This document shows positions 1 to 10,476 of a DNA stretch of 64,000 nt, piece by piece (position 1 is the stretch's first letter; each line of letters starts with the position of its first letter). This DNA comes from Lacisediminimonas sp. GTDB taxonomy: Bacteria; Pseudomonadota; Gammaproteobacteria; Burkholderiales; Burkholderiaceae_D. The notes under the pieces were generated by a model that was not told the DNA's origin, searched no databases, and saw only the letters and a program-made list of their open reading frames with translations. The stretch covers positions 25,199 to 89,198 of the forward strand of contig NZ_JAUSNH010000042.1 in the NCBI RefSeq assembly GCF_030645335.1, written 5' to 3'. Made by a program: the position numbers and the translations under genes.

Positions 1-222
1 GGCGATGTCGACGAACTCGACCGTGGCAGGCACTACCCGTTCAGGCTTGACGATGGCCGACAGCGCATCGAGCCTGGGGTCTGGCACTTCGACGATGCCG
101 ACATTGGGCTCGATCGTGCAGAACGGATAATTTTCGGCGGCGATGCCGGCTTTGGTCAGCGCGTTGAACAGAGTGGACTTGCCAACATTGGGCAGGCCGA
201 CGATGCCGCATTTGAGACTCAT
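1..222 (-). CDS. ychF: Redox-regulated ATPase YchF (N-terminal part; runs off the window edge)
   Basis: Manual translation from ATG at 222: [23 protein letters not shown]...[10 protein letters not shown], the YchF P-loop N-terminus. Confidence 0.95.
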   Translation of the reverse strand, partial: MSLKCGIVGLPNVGKSTLFNALTKAGIAAENYPFCTIEPNVGIVEVPDPRLDALSAIVKPERVVPATVEFVDIA

Positions 223-458
223 GGGATTCCTTTGAAATCAGTGCACCTGCAAGGCCCGGCGGGATTGGCTGGCTACGGGACAGTGCGGGAAATTACGGCA
301 GGAAGGCGACGGCGCGAAACGCGCGCGCGAGTTGATTGCCGGGAAAGGCGGTATTGTACCTCTGCACCCGTTGCTTCTCCAGCGTGCCGGCCTTGTTCCT
401 GACTTCATGCCTGGTTTTGGGCCCGGCGTTGCAGATGGACTGACATCCGCAAGCGTGC

Positions 459-1268
459 TCAGGCCGGCAGGCCCGCCAGCATCTCCAGCAGGCGCGGGCC
501 GATGTCATTGTTGGCTTGTTCCGGTGTGCACCGGCTGACGTGCATGGCGCAGTTGAACACCACGATCCTGCCATTCACCCGGTGCGGATAGGGTGCGGCG
601 ACCGCCACGATTTCCGGCCGCAAATCGCCGAACGAGGCGCAAAAACCCATGTCGCGATATTGCGCCATTCCCAGCAGCAGGTTCTTTTCGTGCTGCTCCC
701 ATTGCGCCGGCTCCTTGATCCGGATTTCATTGATTGCCGCTTGCCTTTCCTGCGCGTCGCAGGCCGCCAGCCACGCCCAGCCGATTGCCGTGGCCGCAAT
801 CGGGTACGACAGGCCAATGTCGGCCGTGCGTGAGGACCGCGCCCGGCGGCTGCGGCTGGATTCAATGAAAACAATATTGAGCCGGTCGCGGATTCCCATC
901 GACACCGACGCGCGGGCGTAATCCGCCAGCGCATTCATGGCAGGGCGCGCATCTTGCCGCAGGCGCATGTTCGCCAACAGCGGATAACCCAGCGATACGG
1001 TGGCCGAACCAAGCTCGAAACGCGCCGAGCCGCTTGCCTGGCGCAGGTAGCCGAGCTGGCACAGCGTATAGGTCAGGCGCGACACGGTGCCCTTTGGCAA
1101 GCCCAGCAACTGGCAAAGGTCCTTGTTGGCCAGCGTGGGGCGGTCGGGCGAAAAGCATTTCAGCAAGTGCAGGCCGCGCGCCAGCGTGGTGGCGAACTGC
1201 TTGTCGCCGGCATGTGCCAGGTCGGCGGGAAGCACCCGGGAAACGGCGTGTTCTTTCTGCTGCGTCAT
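459..1268 (-). CDS. IclR-family transcriptional regulator
   Basis: N-terminal HTH (TLARGLHLL...LGLPKGTVSRLTYTL) plus IclR C-terminal effector domain. Start placed at ATG 1268, which has GGAG upstream; the ORF-track start at 1409 is probably over-extended. Confidence 0.88.
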   Translation of the reverse strand: MTQQKEHAVSRVLPADLAHAGDKQFATTLARGLHLLKCFSPDRPTLANKDLCQLLGLPKGTVSRLTYTLCQLGYLRQASGSARFELGSATVSLGYPLLANMRLRQDARPAMNALADYARASVSMGIRDRLNIVFIESSRSRRARSSRTADIGLSYPIAATAIGWAWLAACDAQERQAAINEIRIKEPAQWEQHEKNLLLGMAQYRDMGFCASFGDLRPEIVAVAAPYPHRVNGRIVVFNCAMHVSRCTPEQANNDIGPRLLEMLAGLPA

Positions 1269-1440
1269 TGACAACTCCATGGGCCGGCGGCCAGCCGCTG
1301 GTGTCTTTCGCATCGATTTTCCGGTGTTGATTGGCGTTGAATTGTACGGAATATCGAAACACCATTCGATTGCTGCGGCCGATGGTACTACATTGAATGT
1401 CCAAGCCATCCGGCAGCAGTCAGCAAAGAGGAGAGTGACA

Positions 1441-2103
1441 GTGTTCTACCAGCCCGGCGTCAGCAGCAGCGGCCTTCCCTACAACCCGTTCAAGTCCTGT
1501 TGCGTGCCACGGCCGATTGGCTGGATATCCACCGTGAGCGACGACGGCAAGCACAATCTTGCGCCGTACAGCCAGTTCCAGAACGTCAGCTGGGATCCGC
1601 CGATGGTTTCGATCGCTGTCAATTGCCGAAAGGATGGCTCGTTGAAGGACACGGCGGCAAACATCCTGGCCAACGGCGAATTCGTGTGGAACATGGCGAC
1701 CTACGACTTGCGCCAATGGGTGGTATCCACCTCGCAGGACATGCCGCCGGGGGTGGACGAATTCGAGGCGCTCGGCATTCCCAGCCTTGGCTCGACGCTG
1801 GTACGCCCCAGGCGGGTTGCCGGCTCGCCGGTCCATTTCGAATGCAAGCTCAGGCAGCATGTTTTCTTGCCGGGCAATACGCCGGAAGCGAACACCTATT
1901 TGTTCATCGGCGAAGTGATGGGCGTGCACATCAAGGAAGAATTCGTCTCCGCCGAGGGCATGCTGGACATCATGAAGATCAAGCCGCTGGCGCGGATCGG
2001 ATATCTCGACTACATCACCGTGGACTCGAAATTCGAGGTGGTGTCGCCCAGCTTCAGCGGCTTTGACAGCGTGCCTTTCATGCACGAGGTCAAGCACCCG
2101 TAA
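1441..2103 (+). CDS. Flavin reductase-family (flavoredoxin/DIM6-NTAB-like) FMN-binding protein
   Basis: VPRPIGWIST, NLAPYS, KDTAANI...GEFVWN, SPVHFECKL, PLARIG motifs. GTG start at 1441 preceded by AGAGGAG. Confidence 0.88.
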   Translation: MFYQPGVSSSGLPYNPFKSCCVPRPIGWISTVSDDGKHNLAPYSQFQNVSWDPPMVSIAVNCRKDGSLKDTAANILANGEFVWNMATYDLRQWVVSTSQDMPPGVDEFEALGIPSLGSTLVRPRRVAGSPVHFECKLRQHVFLPGNTPEANTYLFIGEVMGVHIKEEFVSAEGMLDIMKIKPLARIGYLDYITVDSKFEVVSPSFSGFDSVPFMHEVKHP

Positions 2104-2199
2104 TCCAGCATCCAGCAACAAGGATTGAGCATCGAACCTGTGTAATCAAGCAATCCGTCCTGTCAGCAGCAAACCTATAAATCAAATCAAGGAGACGAC

Positions 2200-3171
2200 A
2201 TGCGATTCACCCCCAAGGACTGGCTCAAGCGGGCAGTGCTGCTGGCGCTGGCCACATGCACCCTGCCGGCATTGGCGCAAGCCAATGCCTTTCCATCCAA
2301 GCCCGTCCGTATCGTCGTGCCCTGGGCGGCCGGAACCGGCACCGATTTGAATGCCCGCGCAATCGCCCAGCAGATCACGGCAGCCAGCGGACAAACTGCC
2401 GTGGTTGAAAACCGTCCGGGTGCGGTCGGTTCGGTCGGAACCGGTGAAGTCAATCGTGCGCCGGCGGACGGCTATACCGTCCTGGCCACCTCCAATGCCC
2501 ATATCGCCAACCTGTTCCTGATGAAGAACCTGCCTTACGATCCTTTGCAGGATTTCATTCCTGTGAGCGGCACCCGCAAGTTGCCGTCGCTGATCGTGGC
2601 GCGTCCCGGCCTGGGCATCAAGTCGCTGGCGGAATTGACCGAGCTGGCCAAACGCCAGCCCGGCAAGATCAGCTTTGGGGCGGGCACATCGGCTGGCCGC
2701 ATCGGCATGGAGCTATTCCAGGAAATGACGGGGACGAAATTGCTGCATGTCCCGTACAAGGGCGCGACGGCGGCCCTGACCGACCTGCTTGGTGGCCACG
2801 TCGACGTGATGTTCATCGACATCTTCAATGTGCTGTCGCGGGTCAAGGATGGCCGGGTGGTCGCGTTGGCCGCGACCGGAAAGACGCGCCTGAAAGTATT
2901 GCCGGACCTGATGACCGCAGCCGAAGCCGGCTTGCCGGGCTATGACGTCGGCAGCTGGAGCGGACTGTGGGTACGCAAGGGCACGCCGCCTGAAGCGGTC
3001 GCTTTCCTCAACAGGATGGCGAAGAAGGGTGCGGAAGCTGAAAAGGAGCAGGTAGAAACGGCGGGTGGTGAAGTATTCATCACGACGCAGCCGGAATTCG
3101 CCCGCTACATCGAGAGCGAAGCGGCAATGTGGAAGAAAATCACGACCATTGCCAAAATCGTTCCCGAATAA
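2200..3171 (+). CDS. Bug/TctC tripartite tricarboxylate transporter substrate-binding protein
   Basis: Signal peptide, FPSKPVRIVVPW, VVENRPGA, PADGYT, HVPYKG; AGGAG RBS. Confidence 0.93.
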   Translation: MRFTPKDWLKRAVLLALATCTLPALAQANAFPSKPVRIVVPWAAGTGTDLNARAIAQQITAASGQTAVVENRPGAVGSVGTGEVNRAPADGYTVLATSNAHIANLFLMKNLPYDPLQDFIPVSGTRKLPSLIVARPGLGIKSLAELTELAKRQPGKISFGAGTSAGRIGMELFQEMTGTKLLHVPYKGATAALTDLLGGHVDVMFIDIFNVLSRVKDGRVVALAATGKTRLKVLPDLMTAAEAGLPGYDVGSWSGLWVRKGTPPEAVAFLNRMAKKGAEAEKEQVETAGGEVFITTQPEFARYIESEAAMWKKITTIAKIVPE

Positions 3172-3246
3172 TCGCCCGGGCTTCGTGGGCCAGGCGGCAC
3201 ACAACAGCCGCCCGGCCCGACGCACAGGCGTCAAGGCCCGCTGCCT

Positions 3247-3831
3247 TCAGCGCGCCGAATGCAGTTGCATCATGGCTGCTTCGAATTTGCCTTCGCACAG
3301 CAGGGGCACGATGTCGATGCTGTTGTCGATGGCGTGCTCGATCGCTTCTTGCTCGTCCTTGCGCGGCCGGTGCAGCACGAAGTCCACCACCGGCTGTTGC
3401 AGTCCAAGTTCGCGCGGGTGGCCAATGCCCAGCCGCAGCCGCCAGTAGTCCTGGCTGCCGAGCGCGGCGGTGATGTCCTTCAAGCCATTGTGGCCGGCCG
3501 CCGAGCCGCCTTTTTTCATCTTTGCCGCACCCGGCGGCAGGTCCAGTTCATCATGCACGACCAGCACTTCTTCCGGCGTGATCTTGAAGAAGCGGGTCAG
3601 TGCGCCGACGGATTGGCCGGACCGGTTCATGTAGGTCTGCGGCTCCAGCAGCCACACTTCGGCCGTGCCCACGCGAGCGCGCCCGGCCAGCGCCTGGTAG
3701 CGCGTTTCCCGGGACAGTGGCGCCCCCAGCTTGGCGGCCAGTCGGTCGACCAGCCAGAAGCCGGCATTGTGCCGGGTCTGTTCATATTCCGGCCCGGGGT
3801 TGCCGAGGCCGACTATCAGGCGGATGGACAT
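3247..3831 (-). CDS. pth: Peptidyl-tRNA hydrolase
   Basis: [36 protein letters not shown] motifs. Confidence 0.97.
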   Translation of the reverse strand: MSIRLIVGLGNPGPEYEQTRHNAGFWLVDRLAAKLGAPLSRETRYQALAGRARVGTAEVWLLEPQTYMNRSGQSVGALTRFFKITPEEVLVVHDELDLPPGAAKMKKGGSAAGHNGLKDITAALGSQDYWRLRLGIGHPRELGLQQPVVDFVLHRPRKDEQEAIEHAIDNSIDIVPLLCEGKFEAAMMQLHSAR

Positions 3832-3866
3832 GTGCGCAAGGCCCGATCAGGTTCGTGGCGGAGTAA

Positions 3867-3913
3867 AAAATTCAAAATACAAAATGCAAAATGCAGATTC
3901 GAAATTGCAATGC
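3867..3913. repeat. Degenerate 7-bp tandem repeat (AAAATNC)
   Basis: AAAATTC-AAAATAC-AAAATGC-AAAATGC-AGATTCG-AAATTGC in the rplY-pth spacer. Confidence 0.6.
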
Positions 3914-3938
3914 AGGGAAAGTAAAACGCATTAGACAC

Positions 3939-3967
3939 AAAAAACCCGCCTTGCGGGCGGGCTTCTT
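3939..3967 (-). terminator. Intrinsic terminator after rplY
   Basis: Minus strand GCCCGCC-CGCAA-GGCGGG followed by a T run, just downstream of the rplY stop. Confidence 0.8.
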
Positions 3968-3990
3968 GTACTGCGCCAGCGGCGGCAGTC

Positions 3991-4605
3991 TTACTTCTTG
4001 GCTTCGCCTTCGGCGGCTTCACCGGCGGCAGCATCGCCGACTTTACCGGCCGGGATGGCGGCGGTGGCAATGGTCGGATCGTCCTGGCCATGCAGCACTG
4101 CGGTCACGCCTGCAGGCAGTTTGACCTTCGACAGGTGCAGCGACTGGCCGGCTTCCATCGTCGACAGGTCGACTTCGATGAATTCAGGCAGGTCTTTCGG
4201 CAGGCAGCTGATGTCGAGGTCGGCCATCACGTGGCTGATCACGGCAGCGCTCAGCTTGACGGCTGGCGAAACGTCGGCGTTGATGAAGTGCAGCGGCACC
4301 TTGACGTGGATCTTCTGGCTGGCATCGACGCGCTGGAAGTCGGCGTGCATCACCAGGGCCTTGAAGGCGTGCATCTGGAAGTCGCGCAGCAAAACCTGCT
4401 GCACCTTGCCATCGATGTCCATTTCGAGGATGGATGAATGGAAGGTCTCTTTCTTCAATGCGTGGAACATCGCATTGTGGTCGAGCTTGATCGAAACCGG
4501 CGCATCTGCGCCACCGTAGACGATGCCCGGTACCATGCCGGCTTTGCGCAGGCGGCGGCTCGCTCCAGTCCCCTGTTCATCGCGCTTGTATGCAACTACT
4601 TTCAT
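3991..4605 (-). CDS. rplY: 50S ribosomal protein L25/Ctc
   Basis: [28 protein letters not shown] plus the Ctc C-terminal domain. ATG at 4605 with GGAG upstream. Confidence 0.96.
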   Translation of the reverse strand: MKVVAYKRDEQGTGASRRLRKAGMVPGIVYGGADAPVSIKLDHNAMFHALKKETFHSSILEMDIDGKVQQVLLRDFQMHAFKALVMHADFQRVDASQKIHVKVPLHFINADVSPAVKLSAAVISHVMADLDISCLPKDLPEFIEVDLSTMEAGQSLHLSKVKLPAGVTAVLHGQDDPTIATAAIPAGKVGDAAAGEAAEGEAKK

Positions 4606-4645
4606 GACATTACTCCAGTAAATGCAAGGCATTGCCTTGCTGTTG

Positions 4646-4669
4646 TGGCCCCCCGCGACCAGGGGGCCA
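4646..4669 (-). promoter_or_regulatory. Hairpin in rplY 5' leader (possible L25 leader element)
   Basis: Perfect 8-bp stem UGGCCCCC/GGGGGCCA with loop UGGUCGCG, about 40 nt upstream of rplY. Confidence 0.45.
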
Positions 4670-4792
4670 GAAAGGCGCAGCCGAGGCTGCGCTCAATAAA
4701 TCTGTAAATCCTGAGCCGAAGACCTGGCCCGGTGATGCCAGGCCGGTACCGAGCCGCTGTAGCGTCGGCGTCGGGCCGAAGCCAGTTGATCT

Positions 4793-5743
4793 TCAGTCGA
4801 TGAACAGCGACATGACCGAGTCGCCCTTCGTAATGCGCTTCAAGGTCTCTGCCAACAGGCTGGCGCAGGACAATTGCCGGATTTTCGGGCAGTTGCGCGC
4901 GGCAGCCGACAGCGGAATCGTATCGGTGACCACCAGCTCGTCCAGCGGCGAGGTGGAAATGCGCTCGATCGCCGGGCCGGACAATACCGGATGGGTGCAG
5001 TACGCGATGACTTTCTTGGCGCCGCGCTCCTTGAGCACTTCGGCAGCCTTGGTCAGCGTACCGGCGGTGTCGACCATGTCGTCCATGATCACGCAGTTGC
5101 GGCCTTCGACTTCGCCGATGATGTTCATCACTTCGGACACATTGGCTTTCGGCCGCCGCTTGTCGATGATTGCCAGGTCGCAGTCGAGCCGCTTGGCAAG
5201 GGCGCGGGCACGTACCACGCCACCAACGTCGGGCGACACCACCAGCAGGTCGTCGTATTTCTTGCTGACCAGGTCGCTCAACAGGATCGGCGAGGCGTAA
5301 ATGTTATCAACCGGGATATCGAAGAAGCCCTGGATCTGGTCGGCATGCAAATCCATGATCAGCACGCGGTCGACGCCGGCTTCCTGCAACATGTTGGCCA
5401 CGACCTTGGCTGAAATGGCCACGCGGGCCGAACGCGGGCGGCGATCCTGGCGGGCATATCCGAAGTACGGGATTGCCGCCGTGATGCGACCAGCGGAGGC
5501 GCGCTTGAGCGCATCGACCATCAACATGATTTCCATCAGGTGGTCGTTGGTCGGCGCACAGGTGGATTGCAGCACCACGACGTCCTTGCCGCGGACATTC
5601 TCGTTGATCTCGACCACGATCTCGCCATCCGAGAAGCGGGAAACGAGCGCTTTGCCCAACGGGATGCCCAACTGCCTGGAGACCCCCGCTGCGAGTTCCG
5701 GATTTGCGTTACCGGTAAAAACCATCAGGTTTTCGATTGCCAT
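4793..5743 (-). CDS. prs: Ribose-phosphate pyrophosphokinase
   Basis: [43 protein letters not shown]. Confidence 0.98.
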   Translation of the reverse strand: MAIENLMVFTGNANPELAAGVSRQLGIPLGKALVSRFSDGEIVVEINENVRGKDVVVLQSTCAPTNDHLMEIMLMVDALKRASAGRITAAIPYFGYARQDRRPRSARVAISAKVVANMLQEAGVDRVLIMDLHADQIQGFFDIPVDNIYASPILLSDLVSKKYDDLLVVSPDVGGVVRARALAKRLDCDLAIIDKRRPKANVSEVMNIIGEVEGRNCVIMDDMVDTAGTLTKAAEVLKERGAKKVIAYCTHPVLSGPAIERISTSPLDELVVTDTIPLSAAARNCPKIRQLSCASLLAETLKRITKGDSVMSLFID

Positions 5744-5866
5744 TGGGGGTACCTGGAGCTTTGTTACGAATTCAGGATTCAGGAATTCAGAAGCCAGTTT
5801 GAAAAGCCGCCAATACAGGACGTTTGGGTCTCGTAGTGGCGGCTGGTCATGGGCTTCTCATTTAAA

Positions 5867-5943
5867 TGGCAGGGGAACAAGGATTCGAACCTTGGAATGC
5901 TGGAATCAAAATCCAGTGCCTTAACCAGCTTGGCGATTCCCCT
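5867..5943 (-). tRNA. tRNA-Gln (anticodon UUG)
   Basis: AGGGGAATCGCCAAGCTGGTTAAGGCACTGGA-TT-TTG-AT-TCCAGCATTCCAAGGTTCGAATCCTTGTTCCCCTGCCA: cloverleaf, GTTCGAA T-loop, CCA end. Typical ispE-tRNA-Gln-prs context. Confidence 0.97.
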
Positions 5944-6013
5944 ACACAACTTGCTGTCCGGACTGCTGCTGCCCTTGCGGGCAATTTCTTCCATGCAGGC
6001 CGAACGAATTCGG

Positions 6014-6868
6014 TCACGACTCAATCAACTGCGACATCGGGTGCCGGTCCATGCCTTTTGCTTTCCAGGCTCGCCACGCGCCACCAAGCGCTGCGATTGC
6101 CTGATCGGCATCGCCTTCACATGTGAAGGCGCAAAAAACGCATGAACCAGAGCCGGTCATCCTCGCCTCGCCGAACTTGCCCAGGGCGTCCAGCGCCATG
6201 GCTACAGCAGGGAACATGTCGGTGACGACAGCTTGCAGGTCGTTTTTTCCAAAGCTTGCTGGTGCTCTGGAAAAGTCCGATATTGTGACCATTTTCGTGT
6301 CGCGTGTCAATTCCGGGGAGCGAAAGATCGTCGGCGTCGGCACCGCCACGCCGGGTTCGACCACCACGAACCAGGCATCCGGGGCGACGACCGGCGTCAT
6401 CCGTTCGCCGATGCCTTCGACAAATGCGTTCTGGCCGAAGATGAAAAAAGGCACATCGGCGCCGAGCTGGCCACCCAGTTGCATCAGCTGGTCGCGCGAC
6501 AGCCGGGTGTTCCACAAATGGTTCAGTGCAATCAGCGTGGTGGCGGCGTCCGAAGATCCACCGCCCAGCCCGCCGCCCATCGGCAGTCGTTTGACCACTG
6601 AAATGTCGGCGCCCGACTGCACGCCGGTAGCGGCCTGCAACAGCCGGGCGGCACGCACGACGAGGTCATCTTCCGCGGCCACGCCGGCGAGGGAGGACAG
6701 GCGCTGCACGCGAGTATCCGGGCGCACTGCAAAGTCGAGTGTGTCGCCGACGTCGAGCAACTGGAAAACCGATTGCAGCAAGTGATAGCCGTCAGGGCGT
6801 CGTCCCACCACATGGAGGAACAAGTTCAGCTTGGCCGGCGCCATGCAAGCGGTGAGGCTTGCAGTCAT
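6014..6868 (-). CDS. ispE: 4-diphosphocytidyl-2-C-methyl-D-erythritol kinase
   Basis: APAKLNLFL, DGYHLLQS, PMGGGLGGGSSDAA, MTGSGSCVF. Confidence 0.97.
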   Translation of the reverse strand: MTASLTACMAPAKLNLFLHVVGRRPDGYHLLQSVFQLLDVGDTLDFAVRPDTRVQRLSSLAGVAAEDDLVVRAARLLQAATGVQSGADISVVKRLPMGGGLGGGSSDAATTLIALNHLWNTRLSRDQLMQLGGQLGADVPFFIFGQNAFVEGIGERMTPVVAPDAWFVVVEPGVAVPTPTIFRSPELTRDTKMVTISDFSRAPASFGKNDLQAVVTDMFPAVAMALDALGKFGEARMTGSGSCVFCAFTCEGDADQAIAALGGAWRAWKAKGMDRHPMSQLIES

Positions 6869-7500
6869 TGCGCCGCGTCCCGGCCCATCGGTTGCCAGGC
6901 ATCGATCACGATGCGGATTTCCACCTCGCCGGCTTCTTCTGTCCGGCGGCTCAGGTCGATGCGACGCGGACGCAGCGCGGCGGTCGAGTCATCTTCCGCC
7001 CAACTGCTATAGATCACGCGCCAGCCATCGATGCTGGTGAGCGCGGTTTCGGCGGCGGGGTTGGCGGCAATCGGCTTGCCATCCACGGTTGACACAAAGC
7101 CTTGCAGCCATGAGCGCAAGCCGCTCACTGGCAAGGGCCAGCCCAGTGCGCGCGCTGCCAGCGCATCGACGTCAATTGCGGTCTGTGGCGTCTGGCCGGC
7201 GCGCTGGAAGACCGCCTGTGCCGGGGTAATGCCGATGCGCGCCACCTCTTGTCCGAAGGGGGACAGCAGGCTTACCTGGGTATTGTCGGGCCGCTGGGCC
7301 CAGGTGAAACTGCCGTTGAGCAGTTGCTCGCCTTGCTGCTGGTAACGCACCGACAGCCTGCCACCGATATCGATCGTTTCACGGTAGACGCGCTTGGCCT
7401 GGACTTGCTGTTCTGTCACGGGCCGCACCGGCGCCAGCGAGCAGGCGCCGAGCGCCGCCAGCAGCGCCAAAGCCGGAACCAGCCGGGCAAGGGCGTGCAT
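6865..7500 (-). CDS. lolB: Outer-membrane lipoprotein LolB
   Basis: Lipobox LGAC, GRLSV, LLSPFGQ, LGWPLPVSGLRSWLQG; adjacent to ispE. Start uncertain (7500 or 7512). Confidence 0.88.
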   Translation of the reverse strand: MHALARLVPALALLAALGACSLAPVRPVTEQQVQAKRVYRETIDIGGRLSVRYQQQGEQLLNGSFTWAQRPDNTQVSLLSPFGQEVARIGITPAQAVFQRAGQTPQTAIDVDALAARALGWPLPVSGLRSWLQGFVSTVDGKPIAANPAAETALTSIDGWRVIYSSWAEDDSTAALRPRRIDLSRRTEEAGEVEIRIVIDAWQPMGRDAAQ

Positions 7501-7544
7501 TCGGGCAGCCATTCGGGAAGCGGGCTTGTGTTCAGCGACCGAAA

Positions 7545-9431
7545 TCAGAGCCGCACCTGCAAGCGCGCCAGCGTCGTGCGCAAGGTATCGTTCTTCGGGT
7601 CCTTGGTGCTGGCATCGCGCCAGAATTTGCGGGCATCGTCCTGCATGCCGATCACCCATAGCACTTCGCCCAGGTGGACCGCAATTTCCGGATCGGGCCG
7701 GATCGAATAGGCTTTGCGCAGCAATGCTTCTGCCTCTTTCAAGCGGCCGAGCCGGAACTGGACCCATCCCATGCTATCCATGATGAAGGGGTCGTCGGGC
7801 GCCAGGCTCAATGCCTTTGCGATCAGGGAGTAAGCCTCTTCCAGCCGTATGTTTCGTTCCGCCAGCGAGTAGCCCAGCGCGTTGTAGGCATGCTGGTTGC
7901 CGGGCGATATGCTGATCACCTTGCGTAGCGCGGTTTCCATCACATCCAGCCGGTCCAGTTTTTCAGCCAGCAATGCGTAGTCGTACAGCAGCTCGGGGTT
8001 GTCGGGGAATTGCTTCAGCCCGGCTTCCAGCACGGCCATGCCTTCTTTCGGCAGCTCGGCATTGCGCAAAATCTGGCCTTCTGCAATCAGCAATTGCACG
8101 CGGTCTTCCTCGTTCTCGACCCGGGCTTCGCGCAGTGCGGCGCGCGCTGCCGGCAGCTGGCCGGATTTGGCCAGCAACTGCGCCCGTTTCACCTGGGCGT
8201 TGATGTAGGCGGCCTGTGTCGTCGGGTCGATCTGGTCCAGCCATTTCAGCGCGCCGGGAAGGTCATTTCGCTGTTCCGCGATTTGCGACAGGATCAACAG
8301 TGCCTGGGTTGAATCGCGTTCGTCATCCGGACTCTCGGCCATGACCTGCAGGTAGGTCTGCAGGTATCTTTCGGCCCCCGCCAGGTCGTTGCTCTGCGTG
8401 CCGAGCAGGCCCAGCGCGTAGAGCACGGTCAGGTCTTTTGGCTTGGATTCAAGCAGCAGGCGAAACTGCGCGCGCGCCGCTTCATATTGTTTTTGCTCGA
8501 CCAGCGTGCGGGCGTACGCCAGCCGGACTTCCCGCGCATTCGGATTTGCGCGCAGGAAATCGGCAATGACTTGCTGCGATTGTTCTTTTGCCGGCAGGGC
8601 CTGGGCCAGGGTCAGGATGGCCAGCTCGGAGCCGGGGTTCAGTGCGAGTGCGCGGCGCGCCTCCTGGGCTGCGCGGCCATTATTGCCCATCGACGTGGCT
8701 TGCAGCGCCAGCGCCATATGCGCTTCGGGCACTTCGTCGTAGGGCGCAAACAGCGTCTCCAGCAGATTGAAAGCCGCTGGCTTGTTGCGAGCCCGAGCTA
8801 CCAGGCGCTGAATCTGCATGATTGTCGTGCCGAGCATTGCTGGCCGTGTCTCTTCCAGTTTTTGTTGCAGCAGCGCTTGCGCCTCGTCGAGCTTGTCGCC
8901 AAGCATCACCAGTCCCAGGTAAAACTGGTTTGCTTCATCCGAGGCCGGGGATAATTGCCGCCACAGGCGCACCGCTGCCAGCGCCTCCGGCGCCTGTCGC
9001 GCGTTCAGGGCGATTTCTGCGGCGCGGCGGGCAATGCGGGGATCGCGGGTTTGCTGGGCAAGTGAAAGCATGTTCACGTAAGCCGCCTGCCAGCCGCCAC
9101 GCTGGTTGGCAATTTCTGCGGCGAGGAACCTGACCATCACATCGCCGGTCAGCGGCGCCGATGGCAATGCTTCCTCAGCGCTCGGCTCTTTCGCCTTGGC
9201 TGGAGTGCGCCGCGGCTTCGCCGGCGTCGTTGCTTGCTGCGCGATGATCGTGACGGCTTGCCCCTGTGCAATCTTGTTCGGTGCAGAGGAGCCGGGCGCA
9301 ACCGGGTTCGCACCCATTTGTACCGGCTTGCCTGGTGCAAATGCCGCCGGCGCCGGGTTCGTGACGGCGGATGCGCTGGTGCAGGCTCCCAGCAAAGCTG
9401 GCAGCGTTAGAATGAGCAACAATTTCGTCAC
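7545..9431 (-). CDS. Tetratricopeptide-repeat (lipo)protein
   Basis: Many TPR-like helices and C-terminal NALGYSLA...DSMGWV...HLGEVLW. Probable GTG start at 9431 gives a signal with an LGAC lipobox; the 9770 start overlaps mutM. Confidence 0.85.
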   Translation of the reverse strand: MTKLLLILTLPALLGACTSASAVTNPAPAAFAPGKPVQMGANPVAPGSSAPNKIAQGQAVTIIAQQATTPAKPRRTPAKAKEPSAEEALPSAPLTGDVMVRFLAAEIANQRGGWQAAYVNMLSLAQQTRDPRIARRAAEIALNARQAPEALAAVRLWRQLSPASDEANQFYLGLVMLGDKLDEAQALLQQKLEETRPAMLGTTIMQIQRLVARARNKPAAFNLLETLFAPYDEVPEAHMALALQATSMGNNGRAAQEARRALALNPGSELAILTLAQALPAKEQSQQVIADFLRANPNAREVRLAYARTLVEQKQYEAARAQFRLLLESKPKDLTVLYALGLLGTQSNDLAGAERYLQTYLQVMAESPDDERDSTQALLILSQIAEQRNDLPGALKWLDQIDPTTQAAYINAQVKRAQLLAKSGQLPAARAALREARVENEEDRVQLLIAEGQILRNAELPKEGMAVLEAGLKQFPDNPELLYDYALLAEKLDRLDVMETALRKVISISPGNQHAYNALGYSLAERNIRLEEAYSLIAKALSLAPDDPFIMDSMGWVQFRLGRLKEAEALLRKAYSIRPDPEIAVHLGEVLWVIGMQDDARKFWRDASTKDPKNDTLRTTLARLQVRL

Positions 9432-9554
9432 CGGCAGACTCTTTACGGGAGGGCAAAGATTGATTTTACGCCCAAGCAGCCCACTGGGTGTGGCCTGCCG
9501 GCTTCGTATTTTGTTGCCGATTGTCGTATTGCACGTTGATATGGTCGTATTCGA

Positions 9555-10376
9555 ATGCCAGAACTGCCAGAAGTCGAAGTAACCCGTCGCGGTGTCGCGC
9601 CGCATGTCGAGGGGCGCGTCGTTACCGATGTGCTGCTGCGGCATGCCGGCTTGCGCTGGCCTTTTCCGCCGGGGCTGCGGGAAACCTTGCTGCAAACTAC
9701 CTTGCGCAGGACCGGCCGCCGCGGCAAATACCTTTTGCTCCACTTCGACCATGGCACCCTGGTCGTCCATCTCGGCATGTCAGGCAGCCTGCGCGTGCTT
9801 CCCGCCTTGTCTGCAGTTCGCTTGCACGACCACTTCGAGCTGGTAATGGGCGAAACAAGCTTGCGCCTGAACGATCCCAGGCGCTTCGGTGCGGTCTTGT
9901 GGCATGCAGCCGAAGAGGGCGAAGTCGACAACCACCTGCTGCTGCGCAGCCTGGGCGTGGAGCCGTTCGAGGCAGGTTTTACCGCCGCACACCTGTATAA
10001 AAGCACAAGGAACCGCAGCGCGCCGATCAAGCAGCTGTTGCTGGCCGGCGACATCGTGGTGGGCGTCGGCAATATTTATGCATCCGAAAGTTTGTTCGAG
10101 GCGGGCATCAATCCGACCACGCCCGGGCGCCGCATCGGGTTGGCGCGGTATGAGCGGCTGGTTGCCGCCGTGCGCCGGATATTGGCGGCTTCCATAGAGA
10201 AGGGCGGCAGCACCCTGCGCGATTTTGTCGGCGCCGATGGCCGTGCCGGCTACTTCCAGCAAAGCTATTTTGTCTACGACCGGACCGGCCAGCCCTGCCT
10301 GCGCTGCGGCTCGGCCATCCGCCAGATCCGCCAGGGACAGCGATCCACCTTCTACTGCCTGAATTGTCAAAAATAG
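9555..10376 (+). CDS. mutM: Formamidopyrimidine-DNA glycosylase Fpg
   Basis: [30 protein letters not shown] and C-terminal CxxC...CxxC zinc finger. Confidence 0.98.
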   Translation: MPELPEVEVTRRGVAPHVEGRVVTDVLLRHAGLRWPFPPGLRETLLQTTLRRTGRRGKYLLLHFDHGTLVVHLGMSGSLRVLPALSAVRLHDHFELVMGETSLRLNDPRRFGAVLWHAAEEGEVDNHLLLRSLGVEPFEAGFTAAHLYKSTRNRSAPIKQLLLAGDIVVGVGNIYASESLFEAGINPTTPGRRIGLARYERLVAAVRRILAASIEKGGSTLRDFVGADGRAGYFQQSYFVYDRTGQPCLRCGSAIRQIRQGQRSTFYCLNCQK

Positions 10377-10476
10377 GGTCGGGTGCTAACGTGCCTGTTG
10401 ATATGCCGCAAGGCAACCGGCTCGCGTTGGCGAGCAGTCAAGAACATCGGGCCGCGATGTTGGCAATGAGGAAAAT

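Noticed and set aside
1300-1400. Possible IclR operator in the divergent spacer
   Set aside because: Only half-site-like words (TTTCG, CGAAAC); no convincing palindrome.
1087-1440. N-terminal extension of the flavin reductase ORF overlapping IclR
   Set aside because: The RBS and family N-terminus point to GTG 1441; the extension is antisense to IclR.
5867-5943. tRNA-Gln (and rnpB) as possible integration sites
   Set aside because: No integrase and no duplicated 3' end were seen in the window; the tRNA flanks are core genes.
9432-9770. Apparent overlap of the TPR ORF with mutM
   Set aside because: ORF-caller over-extension; a signal peptide and lipobox begin at 9431.
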